64,000 nucleotides of DNA from an uncultured delta proteobacterium (lineage in GTDB: Bacteria; Myxococcota_A; Polyangia; Polyangiales; B10-G4): positions 512,001 to 576,000 of the forward strand of contig CAVSGI010000020.1 in the NCBI GenBank assembly GCA_963727445.1, written 5' to 3'. The translations under genes and the position numbers were made by a program. Position 1 is the stretch's first letter, and the number at the start of each line of letters is the position of its first letter. The notes beneath the pieces are model-generated. The model was given only the letters and a program-made list of their open reading frames with translations. It did no database searches and had not been told where the DNA came from. Below are positions 1 through 9,251 of the stretch, piece by piece.

Positions 1-1887
1 TCGGGTGCTGCTCACCGCGCTGGGCACCTTCACCTCGTGGAGGTGGGCGAGGGCTGCATCGACGGCGGCGAAGTTCTGCTTCACCACGGCGGGGCCACGC
101 TTGCCGTAGGACTTCTCGATCGCGCCCTTGATGGCGTCGATCGCGGCTCGTCGCTCCATCACGTCGCTGATGGCGAAGAAGCAGGTCTGCATGATCGTGT
201 TGATGCGGACGCCGAGGCCCGCGGAATCGGCCACGCCGTAGGCGTCGATGACGAAGAAGCGCAGGCCCTTTTCGATGATGGTCTCTTGCACATCGCGGGG
301 GAGCTCGTCCCAGACCTCGTCGGGGCCGAACGGCGCGTTGAGCAGAAAGACGGCGCCCGGCAGGGCGTGCTCCAAGACGTCGTAGCGGTCGACGAAGCGA
401 AACTGGTGACAGGCGACGAAGCTGGCGTGCCGGATCAGATACGCCGAGCGAATGGGGTCGGGTCCGAAGCGCAGGTGCGAGATGGTGACCGCCCCGGCCT
501 TCTTCGAGTCGTAGACGAAGTAGCCCTGGGCGTGCATCTCGGTGTGTTGGCCGATGATCTTGATCGAGTTCTTGTTCGCCCCGACGGTGCCGTCGGCGCC
601 GAGACCGTAGAAGATCGCCTGGACACCCTTCGAAGGGGCTTCGTCCACCTCCGGCAGGGGCAGCGACAGGTGCGTGACGTCGTCGACGATGCCGACGGTG
701 AACCCATGGCGGGGGCGCGGGCCCTCGAGCTCGTCGAAGATCGCGTGCACACAAGCGGGAGTGAACTCCTTGGAGGAGAGCCCGTACCGACCGCCGACGA
801 CGAGCGGCGTCTCGGCCCACGCTGCCTCACGCGTCTGATGCACCGCAGCCATCACGTCGAGGTAGAGCGGCTCCCCAATCGAACCGGGCTCCTTGGTCCT
901 GTCGAGGACTGCGATCTTCGAGACCGACTTCGGCAGCGAAGAGACGAACGCCGACAAATCGAAGGGGCGGTAGAGGCGGACGACGAGCAGCCCGACCCTG
1001 TGACCCGCGGCGACCATGCGCTCGACGGTGTGCTGGGCGGTCTCGGCCCCGGAGCCCATCATGACCAGCACACGCTCGGCCTCCGGGTGTCCCACGTAGT
1101 CGAAGAGGTGGTAGCGGCGCCCCGTGAGCTCGCCGAACCGGTCCATCGCCTTCTGCATCTCGGCGGGGCAGGCCAGGTAGTGCCCGTTACAGGCCTCTCG
1201 GGCCTGAAAGAACGTGTCGGGGTTCTGCGCCGTCCCGCGCACCACCGGTCGGTCCGGCGTCAGCGCGCGCGCGCGATGTTCTTGGACGTGGGCGTCGTCG
1301 ATCATCGACCGGAGATCGTCGTCGCTCAGCTCCTCGATCTTGGCGACCTCGTGGGAGGTGCGGAAACCGTCGAAGAAGTGGATGAAGGGCACCCGAGACG
1401 CCAGCGTCGCGGACTGCGCGATGGCGGCGAAGTCGTGCGCCTCTTGGACCGAGCGCGAGCAGAGCATGCCGAAGCCGCTCTGCCGAACGGCCATCACGTC
1501 GGAGTGGTCGCCGAAGATGCTCAGGGCGTGGGTAGCGACCGTCCGCGAGGCGACGTGCATGCAGAACGACGTCAGCTCCCCCGCGATCTTGTAGAGGTTG
1601 GGCAGCATCAGGAGCAGCCCCTGTGATGCGGTGAAGGTCGTGGTGAGGGCCCCCGCCTGGAGCGCGCCGTGCACCGTCCCGGCAGCCCCCGCCTCCGATT
1701 GCATCTCCGCGACCTCGGGTACCGTCCCCCAGATGTTCGTCCGCCCCTGAGCCGACCAGGCGTCGGCGTGCTCACCGATGGGCGAAGCGGGGGTGATCGG
1801 ATAGATGGCGATCACCTCGTTGGTGCGGTGAGCGACCGACGCGACAGCCTCGTTGCCGTCGACGGTGACGAATCTCCGGGTGCGCAT
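1..1887 (-). CDS. nifJ: pyruvate:ferredoxin (flavodoxin) oxidoreductase, 3' part runs off the window
   Basis: Manual translation from the ATG at 1887 gives MRTRRFVTVDGNEAVA..IAIYPITPAS..EMQSEAGAAG..TTFTASQGLLLM..HALSIFGDHSDVMA..HFFDGFRTSHE, the classic PFOR N-terminus. It is missing from the ORF track because no stop lies inside the window. Confidence 0.95.
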   Translation of the reverse strand, partial: MRTRRFVTVDGNEAVASVAHRTNEVIAIYPITPASPIGEHADAWSAQGRTNIWGTVPEVAEMQSEAGAAGTVHGALQAGALTTTFTASQGLLLMLPNLYKIAGELTSFCMHVASRTVATHALSIFGDHSDVMAVRQSGFGMLCSRSVQEAHDFAAIAQSATLASRVPFIHFFDGFRTSHEVAKIEELSDDDLRSMIDDAHVQEHRARALTPDRPVVRGTAQNPDTFFQAREACNGHYLACPAEMQKAMDRFGELTGRRYHLFDYVGHPEAERVLVMMGSGAETAQHTVERMVAAGHRVGLLVVRLYRPFDLSAFVSSLPKSVSKIAVLDRTKEPGSIGEPLYLDVMAAVHQTREAAWAETPLVVGGRYGLSSKEFTPACVHAIFDELEGPRPRHGFTVGIVDDVTHLSLPLPEVDEAPSKGVQAIFYGLGADGTVGANKNSIKIIGQHTEMHAQGYFVYDSKKAGAVTISHLRFGPDPIRSAYLIRHASFVACHQFRFVDRYDVLEHALPGAVFLLNAPFGPDEVWDELPRDVQETIIEKGLRFFVIDAYGVADSAGLGVRINTIMQTCFFAISDVMERRAAIDAIKGAIEKSYGKRGPAVVKQNFAAVDAALAHLHEVKVPSAVSSTR

Positions 1888-2086
1888 GTGGGACAAGTGT
1901 CCGCAAACGTGGCCCGCCGCAAGCGCCGAAAAGGCTCCCGTTTCAGACGGTAGCGACGCGAGCGACGATGGGAGCTCGTCGGACCGACGCGCTCGTCATC
2001 GTCCCCTTCCGGCGCTGTCCTCACACGCGATGGCATGACGTTTGGGAGGCGATAATTTCCAAGGAGGGCATGTGATCATCGGTTCA

Positions 2087-2599
2087 ATGCCCGTGCATCA
2101 CCTCAAAGCGGTCGTGCTCGCCCTCTGGGCCGTGACCATCGCCTCCGGCGCCGTGGCCCAATCGATCCCGGGCACTCTCCCCAATCGCCTCGAGGTGACC
2201 CTCGAGCGCCCGGACGTGGATGACGCGTTCTTGCAACTCACCTTCGAGCGTTCCGGTGAGACGGCGGAGATCGTGGGCTGCCAGACACGCGCGCGGAACG
2301 TTGGCTGTCGCGCCACGCGCCGAATCACGCTCGACGCCCGCCAGACCGCGGCTCTCGAGGCGAGATGGCGTCGGCTCGCCGGCGGTGCGCGCTGCCGCAT
2401 CCGTCGACCTGAGGGCAACTGGAAGCCCTTCAACGTGGAGTGGACCGACGGAAGCATACGCGGCGAGGTGTACGAACGTGGCGACCGGGGTCTCTCCGCT
2501 CGATGCTTCGCCGCCGAACGGTTGGGCGGGTTCTTCCTCCGGGTGTGGACTCAGCGCCGGGAGGCCTCGACGACGGCGCAACGGAGGCGCGGCGGATAG
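2087..2599 (+). CDS. hypothetical secreted protein
   Basis: Signal-peptide-like N-terminus (MPVHHLKAVVLALWAVTIASGAVAQ) and GC-rich third codon positions; start chosen inside ORF 2042..2599. Confidence 0.6.
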   Translation: MPVHHLKAVVLALWAVTIASGAVAQSIPGTLPNRLEVTLERPDVDDAFLQLTFERSGETAEIVGCQTRARNVGCRATRRITLDARQTAALEARWRRLAGGARCRIRRPEGNWKPFNVEWTDGSIRGEVYERGDRGLSARCFAAERLGGFFLRVWTQRREASTTAQRRRGG

Positions 2600-2768
2600 T
2601 CTGTCGCCGGTGCAAGTCATTCCGGTTTGGGGGCTCTGAGTCCGTCGACGTCGCTAGGTCAGCGCCACGCCGGGTGGCGACGACCTCACGGGCCTCGAGA
2701 CACTGGGCCACCCGCAAAGGGACGCGACCGCCGTGCACCAGGGTTGCACGCCGGGCTAGACTGCCTCC

Positions 2769-3366
2769 ATGACGAGCCGAGCCCCGGCATTCGTGGCCTT
2801 CGTCCTCCTCGCGTGCGCGTGCGGGGCGCGGTCGGGTACACTCGTCGAGAGCTCCGGTGAAGACGGTGGCACGGACTCGGCGATGGCGACCGACTCCGCC
2901 CGGGTGGATGGGTCGTCCCCGCCCCCCCCACCGCCGCCTACGTGTGTCGCCAGCGACGACGCCGGCGAGTTCTTCGGGGCGGTCCCCGGATTCGACATCG
3001 CGTTTCCATACGTGGTCGCCGGCGTCGAGCCAGACGGCGCCCACAGCTGCCCGCGGCTCTTCATCCGCGCGGGAGACGCGCCGGACTTCTCCGGAGCGAA
3101 GCTCGAGAATCGAGGTGCCCCTCGGAGACGACGCCCGCACCCCCGGGGTCTACCCCGGCCAGCTCACCGTCTTCCCGCCGGACGGCGCCATCTGGACCGA
3201 AGAGGTGCGCGTCGACGTCGTACGGGTAGACGGGCTCTTCGACACGATGGTCCCGATGGACGAATGGCGCGCCACCGCGCGTCTATCGCATCACGACGCG
3301 ACCACCGATCTGGACGGCACCGTCGCCGCCGCGCCGTATTGCTACGACTTCGCGATCTGTATTTGA
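2769..3366 (+). CDS. hypothetical lipoprotein (one frameshift near 3108)
   Basis: Lipobox-like LLACACG and a Pro linker. The frame of ORF 2769 continues naturally into the frame of ORF 2857..3366 (..GAKLE/IEVPLGDD..) if one extra A in GAGAATCGAG is removed. Confidence 0.6.
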
Positions 3367-3446
3367 GCTGGCCGAATGGCCTACGAGGCACTCGGGCGCA
3401 CGACGCCGATGGATGAGCGCGGAGCTGGGACACCCGACCCCCTGCC

Positions 3447-6072
3447 ATGCGCTACGATGTCGTCGTAGTGCCTCGCGTGGTTCTCTCAGCCGTCCTCCTC
3501 TCGACAATCGCGATGCTCGCGGCGTGCGGCGACGACGTCTCGGAGGGACCGGCGGATGGGGACGCGGGCGTCGTTCCCGATGGCTCGTTTCCGGACGTCG
3601 GGGTCGACTTCGAGATCGCCCCGCCCGAAGCGCCCGCCGCACCGGAGCTGCCGCGGCTCTCGCCTTGCCCCGAGGGGTGGACCGAGGTGCCCGGCACCGA
3701 TGGTGGCCCCACCGTGTGCGAGCCGTGGTCCGGGAGCGCGGAGTGCGCCGATGACGAGGCGCGTTTCCCCGGCGAGGGGTGCGCCGCGATCGGTCCCGCG
3801 TGTCCGCCTGGGCGCTTCGCCGCGGACGTCCCGGCCAGCGCGCTTCACGTCGATCCGGATGCACCCTCCGGCGGCGATGGGACGGCCGCGTCGCCTTTCA
3901 ACACGATCGCCGAAGCCCTGGCGGCGGCATCCGACGGTGACGTGATCGCGCTGTCGAAGGGCCGCCACGTGCCCCCTGGAGCCGTCGACGTGGCCGTGGA
4001 GATCCGCGGTGCTTGCGTCGGGGAGACCCTCCTCGCATGCGATCCTCCCGACACGACGACCCTCGCCGTTCAGATTCGGCGTTCGAACACGACGATTCGA
4101 GATCTGCATCTCACCGGTTGTCGCACAGGATTCTGGATCGCTCCCGAGGACGCACCCGACTACACAATCGATTCCGTCCTCGTATCCAACACGTTGCGAA
4201 CGGCGCTGGCCGCTTTCGGCGGGCATGGGACCCTTTCGAGCTTCGTGGTTCGCGATACGCGAGGCAGCGCCACCGACGACCAGGATGGGCGAGGGATCGT
4301 GGTGAACATGGGCGCAGAGGTCGTCGCCCAACGAGTCGCCGTCGAGCGGGCCGTGGGGTTTCCGGCGTGGGCCTACGGCGACGGGTCGCTCCTCGAGGTC
4401 GAGGACATCGCGGTGCGCGAGTCCGCGCCCTCCGGTATGAGCGGCTTCGACGGCGCCGGGCTCCTCGCGAACATGGGCGGCACGATCATCGCTCGTCGGG
4501 CGGTCCTCGAGGACAATCACCGCACCGGCGCGAACGCGCACTACGGCGGCATCATGGAGCTCGAGGACGTCGTCGTGCGTCGAACCCTCGTACAAGCGGG
4601 AGACGGCGCGTACGGAATGGCGTTCGTCGCCGGCGAGGGCTCGAGCCTCGAGATTCGCCGCGGATGGACACGAGACAATCCCCTCGGGGGAGCATGGGTG
4701 CGTGACGAGGGCTCGACGGTGACCATCGAAGATCTGGTCGTCCAGAATTCCCCCGGACATCCATCCAACGGCCTCGGCGGATTCGGGATCGCCGCCTATC
4801 AGCAGGGGCAGATGACCGCCTCGAGAGTGTGGGTGGAGGATTTGTCGGGTGTCGCGGCCATCGCCATGAGTGCCGGCTCGGCTCTCGACGCATCGGACCT
4901 CACGGCGAAGGGCATCATCGGCTTTCCGGGCACGGGGGAGCTCGGCGGCGGCGTCGTAATCGCGCTCGAAGCGGTCGGCGCGGTGCGACGCGCATCGGTC
5001 GAAGATGCACGGCTCACGGCGTACGCCGCGGTCACGGGGACGCTCGATCTCGAAGACGCCCAGGCTCGGCAGATTCACGAGCAGGACAGCGATGGGGCTC
5101 CGGCGTGCGCGTTCTGCTCGACCGAGGCGGGCACGATGACGCTCACTCGTGCGGTCGCCGACGAGATCTCGGGTGGCGCCGTCGCAACCGGGAGGCTCGA
5201 GATGCCGGGTGCGGTCCTGACGGGAAGCGACGTCCGGATCACGAACGTGCATGATGTCGCGGGCTCTGCTGCCGGGCTCAGCAACACCGACGGGAAGATG
5301 GAGCTGTCGCGCGTCTGGATCGAGGGCGCGACCATCGCGGGGGTCATCGGCACCGGCGCAGACGCCGTCTTGGAGCTCTCGGACCTGGTCATCCGCGACA
5401 TCCGAGCTCGAGATCTCCGACGGGTCCGCCGGCTACGGCGTTTCACTCACGGATGGCGTCACCGCCCACCTGACACGCACCCTGGTCTCCGAGGCTACGA
5501 CCGTCGGCCTGCTGCTCTCCGGCGCCGATCTCGACATCGAGACCGCGGTCATCCGCAATATGCGGGCAAACAGAGGCGGGACCCGTGCGCGCGGCTTCGA
5601 AGCGCAGGGTGGAGCACAGGTGACGGCCGCGGACCTCGCAGTCGAAGGGGCCGGTGACCACGGGATCATTCTCTTCGAGGCGGGAACGGAGCTGTCCGGG
5701 CGACAGGTCGAGGTTCGCGACACCGCCGGTGCACCCTGCGATCCCGCGGATTGCAACGTCTTCGGGATGGGCGTCTCCGTGCTGGACGATGCCCACGCGA
5801 GCCTCGAGGACTTCGTCGTCACGCGCAGCGCGCTCTGTGGCGTGCGGCTTGCCCGAGGAGGCACGGCCGATCTGAGCCGCGGGGAGGTCTCCTATGGGGT
5901 CATCGGCGCCAACGTGCAGACGGAGGGCTTCGACGTCGAGCGGTTGTCGATGGAAGTCAGCTACCACCACAACGAGACGAACCTCGATGCGGTGATGCTT
6001 CCCGTGCCTCAGGTCGCCCAACAGGCGACCCCGTTCACGCTCCCGACCCTGGAGTCACCACTTGTGCCCTGA
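3447..6072 (+). CDS. lipoprotein with DUF1565-like start and right-handed beta-helix repeats (frameshift near 5408)
   Basis: Lipobox LAAC; motif HVDPDAPSGGDGTAASPFNTIAEALAAA; repeated beta-helix units (..VVRDT..GxG..). The repeats continue in ORF 5251..6072. Confidence 0.75.
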
Positions 6073-6181
6073 AGACCGGGGGGCCTCGTGCCTCGTCAAC
6101 GCCCGTCGGCCACGCACGTCCGATCCCGCCATTCGCCCTCGCTCCGCTGTCGTCATCCCCGGTACGCCAGAAGGGGACGCG

Positions 6182-6364
6182 ATGGTCCTAGAGCACGAGA
6201 TGCGGAACGAGACGGCCGCACTGCGTGCGGGTCGCGGCAGCGTCGACCGAGCCGACGAGCTCCTCGCGGGCGCCGGACGCCTGCGCTTGCACCTGCCCGC
6301 GTCTTTTCAAGCCGAGATTCAGCGGGGCCGTCACGGAGCTCGCCGCTGCGCGGACGACGGTTGA
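6182..6364 (+). CDS. small hypothetical protein
   Basis: AAGGGGA RBS-like sequence before ATG 6182; 60 aa; possibly frameshifted at the 3' end. Confidence 0.3.
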   Translation: MVLEHEMRNETAALRAGRGSVDRADELLAGAGRLRLHLPASFQAEIQRGRHGARRCADDG

Positions 6365-6370
6365 GCGCGC

Positions 6371-6970
6371 TCACCGAGCGGAGTCGCTCGTCACTTCGAT
6401 GTCGTAGTAGACGGTGCGTCTCGGTTCCATGAAGAGGAGCAGGGACGTGTGACCGGGGGAACGACCCTCCAAGAACATCGTGCGACCGTCCTCGGTGATC
6501 GTATTCGCCACGACGTTTCCCGGACCTTCGGAGTAGGCCCTCATCCCGGTGGCGGGCATCTGGAACCGCTCGCCGATGGAGAGCACGATCTGGTGCGTTT
6601 CGTCGAAGACCCCCAAGGGGATCCGTGGAGCGTCCCGCCGAACCACGATGCGAAAGCTCTCGGAATCGAATCGGCGGTCGACGCGCAGCAGCACTCGACC
6701 CTCGTGCAGGCCGACGACGACGAACTGCACGGCGTCCGGAGACACCTTGACCCGTACGGCGTCACCGCCTTCGACGAGGAGATAGGACTGCGCATCGCGC
6801 GCCGACAGGAGTCGCTGCCCGCCAACGGCAAGCGCCACCTCGGACGTGTCGGCCTCGCTCGTCGGCTCCGCTGCCTCGATGTCCGGTCCCGAGCATGCGA
6901 GGAGGACGAGCGAGAGCGCACAGCCTCCGACCACATCGACGACGAGAGTCGCAATGTGACACCTGGGCAC
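6371..6970 (-). CDS. lipoprotein with pilus-formation N-terminal (CpaC/RcpA N-like) domain(s)
   Basis: Lipobox LLAC; C-terminal IVLSIGE..MRAYSEG..DGRTMFLEGRSPGHTSLLLF..YDIEV resembles the T2SS/T3SS pilus N-terminal domain. Confidence 0.55.
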   Translation of the reverse strand: MPRCHIATLVVDVVGGCALSLVLLACSGPDIEAAEPTSEADTSEVALAVGGQRLLSARDAQSYLLVEGGDAVRVKVSPDAVQFVVVGLHEGRVLLRVDRRFDSESFRIVVRRDAPRIPLGVFDETHQIVLSIGERFQMPATGMRAYSEGPGNVVANTITEDGRTMFLEGRSPGHTSLLLFMEPRRTVYYDIEVTSDSAR

Positions 6971-7058
6971 CAGCCAATACTACTCCATCGGGCGCCGTGG
7001 GCGTGCTCGGCGCCGGGACTGATGACCGGCACGCGCGGCCCGTGGTAGTCGAGAGCAC

Positions 7059-7265
7059 ATGACCGACTCCGGAACGTGGATGCTCTGCAGCTCTTGCCGC
7101 AAGCCGATCGCCTATGACACCGACTACTACGCGTGCAGCGTCTCGACCTGCAATCGCAAGCGGCTTCCGTTGTACTTCTGTTCGCTCGAGTGCTGGGACG
7201 CACATCTTCCCGGCGCACGTCACCGCGATGCGTGGGCGGAGGAGAAGCGAAGCCCGAAGCGCTGA
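7059..7265 (+). CDS. small Cys/His-rich zinc-finger protein (ZZ-like)
   Basis: CSSC..CSVSTC..CSLECWDAH..H pattern in 68 aa; GAGAG upstream. Confidence 0.75.
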   Translation: MTDSGTWMLCSSCRKPIAYDTDYYACSVSTCNRKRLPLYFCSLECWDAHLPGARHRDAWAEEKRSPKR

Positions 7266-7388
7266 GCAAATCGCAGAGAGACGTTCGACGCGAGTCCAGC
7301 GCCGGAGTCGCACCTTCCTGCTCGTACGCGGATACATGGCGAGACGCCAACGGTTGTCCACGCCGAGTTGGACCCTACGGGAATTTCG

Positions 7389-7672
7389 ATGACGACATAC
7401 GCTGCAACTTTCGACCTGGGCGCCACCCAGAGCGTTTCGCCAGAGCGCGAAGCGCCGCCAGAGATCCAGCCTCCCGGTCCCCAACCACCAGCCGCCGAGC
7501 CCCCCGGGCCCACACCCCCCGAGATTCGGCCGCCTGGAACGCCGCCGCCCGAGGAATCGAGCCACCTCGCCGCTCGCCACCGGACATTGAGCCTCCCGAA
7601 ATCGAGCCCCCCGAGACCGAGCCGCCCGAGACCGAGCCGCCCTCGCGGGAGCCCAATCGTCATCCACGATGA
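7389..7672 (+). CDS. small proline-rich (E/D-I/T-E-P-P repeat) protein, probable frameshift near 7555
   Basis: PPEIQPPGP..PPEIRPP in one frame continues as IEPP..DIEPPEIEPPETEPPETEPP in the next frame. Confidence 0.4.
7583..7642 (+). repeat. four tandem 15-bp units (last two identical, GAGACCGAGCCGCCC)
   Basis: GACATTGAGCCTCCC, GAAATCGAGCCCCCC, then GAGACCGAGCCGCCC twice, read directly. Confidence 0.85.
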
Positions 7673-7679
7673 ACGACAA

Positions 7680-9251
7680 TCACTCCCCGCGCTTCTTCCC
7701 CCGCCGGCTTCGTCTTCGCCGCCGCCGCTTCTCCGGCTTCTTCGTCGTCCCCTCCGCCTTCGCCTCCGCGCGATCCACCGCCTGCTTCGCGGCGCGCTTC
7801 ACCTTCTTCGTGGCGAGGCAGCGGTCGCACTTGCCGCAGCGCGGGGGGCGGGCTTCGCCGAACCACTTACGGATGAAGGCGGAGCGGCAGCCGTCGGTCT
7901 GGGCGTAGGTGGCGACGGCGGCGAGGCGGCGGGCGTCCTCGCGGCGCATGGTCTCGAAGCGCTTGGCGAGATCAGTGGAGGAGGCCTTCATCTCGTCGCC
8001 GTTTACGCGCGGGACGAGGCGCTTGTCGCCACCGACCTCGATGAGCCCCAGCTGCTCGAGCTCGGCGGCGACGGCGCGGACGACGGTCTGGGGGACGCTG
8101 GCGGCGGTGGCGGCGGTCTTGACCGCGACCGGCCGGTCCTCGTCGGCCCAGGCGGCGAGGGCGTGGCCGACGCGGCGCACCTGCGCGGGGCTCGCGCGGC
8201 TCTTCTCGGCGAGGAAGTCCTGAATCGCGAGGTCGTCCTCGTCGTAGAGCAGCACGCAGCGCGAGGGCTTGCCGTCCCGTCCCGCGCGCCCCGCCTCCTG
8301 GATGTACTGCTCGAGGCTCCCAGGCACCTGGTAGTGCAGGATCGACCGGATGTCCGGCTTGTCGATCCCCATGCCGAAGGCGCTGGTGGCGATCATCAGG
8401 ATGCGCCGGCCGCTCTTCATGAAGCGGCGCTGACTGCTGGCGCGCTCCTTCTTCGTCATCTTGCCGTGGTAGCGGGCGACCGGGATCTGCGCCCGGCTCA
8501 GCGCGGCGAAGATCTGATCCACCGCCTTGGTGGTGCTGCAGTAGACGATGGCCGGACGCCTCAGGCGCCTCAGCAGCTGGCCCGCGCGTTCGAGCTTGAG
8601 ATTGCCGGACGCCTCGATCACCTCGAGGGCCAGGTTCTTGCGGTGCGGCGGCGCGCGGATCACCAGCGGCTCGTCCAGGTCGAGGCGCTCGGCGATGTTC
8701 GCCGTCACCTCCGGCGTCGCCGTCGCGGTGAGCGCCACGCAGCGCTCGATGCCGAGGGCGTGACGCTCGGCGCCGATGCGAAGATAGGCCGGCCGGAAGT
8801 CGTGGCCCCACTCCGAGATGCAGTGCGCTTCGTCCACGCAGAGGAGCGCGGGGGCGGCGGCCTCGAGCGCGGGGCGCGCCCACTCCGACTCGAGCGTCTC
8901 CGGCGTCGTCAGGATGATCAGCCGGCCGCCTTTCTCGATCCGCGCCAGCGTCTGCCGCTTCGTCGTGACCTTCAGCGTCGAGTCGAGGCGCGCCACCGGC
9001 ACGCGGCGGCTGCGCAGGCTCCGCTCCTGGTCGCGCATCAGCGCGATGAGCGGCGAGATCACCAGCGTCGGCCGCTCGCTCATCATCGCTGGCACCTGGT
9101 AGATCAGCGACTTGCCGTAGCCCGTGGGCAGCACCGCCAGGACGTCTCGGCCCTTCCGGATCGCGCGGATGGCGTCGCGCTGCTCCGGGTGGAGCTTCGC
9201 CACGCCGAAGACCTCGCGGGCGACCTTCGCCGCCGACTTCGCGCCCTTCAC
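7680..9251 (-). CDS. recQ: RecQ-family ATP-dependent DNA helicase
   Basis: LPTGYGKSLIYQ, VDEAHCISEWGHDFRP, ATSAFGMGIDKPD, QEAGRAGRDG, Zn site CR..CGKCDRC. The GTG start at 9251 overlaps the upstream TGA (GTGA). Confidence 0.92.
   Translation of the reverse strand: MKGAKSAAKVAREVFGVAKLHPEQRDAIRAIRKGRDVLAVLPTGYGKSLIYQVPAMMSERPTLVISPLIALMRDQERSLRSRRVPVARLDSTLKVTTKRQTLARIEKGGRLIILTTPETLESEWARPALEAAAPALLCVDEAHCISEWGHDFRPAYLRIGAERHALGIERCVALTATATPEVTANIAERLDLDEPLVIRAPPHRKNLALEVIEASGNLKLERAGQLLRRLRRPAIVYCSTTKAVDQIFAALSRAQIPVARYHGKMTKKERASSQRRFMKSGRRILMIATSAFGMGIDKPDIRSILHYQVPGSLEQYIQEAGRAGRDGKPSRCVLLYDEDDLAIQDFLAEKSRASPAQVRRVGHALAAWADEDRPVAVKTAATAASVPQTVVRAVAAELEQLGLIEVGGDKRLVPRVNGDEMKASSTDLAKRFETMRREDARRLAAVATYAQTDGCRSAFIRKWFGEARPPRCGKCDRCLATKKVKRAAKQAVDRAEAKAEGTTKKPEKRRRRRRSRRGKKRGE

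Noticed and set aside
37..1626. 529-aa plus-strand ORF and other long antisense ORFs (e.g. 10272..13250, 18327..20549, 58955..60853)
   Set aside because: Shadow ORFs opposite well-supported genes, expected at ~70% GC; no recognisable motifs.
7583..7642. CRISPR-like array
   Set aside because: Contiguous 15-bp coding repeats without spacers; no cas genes in the window.
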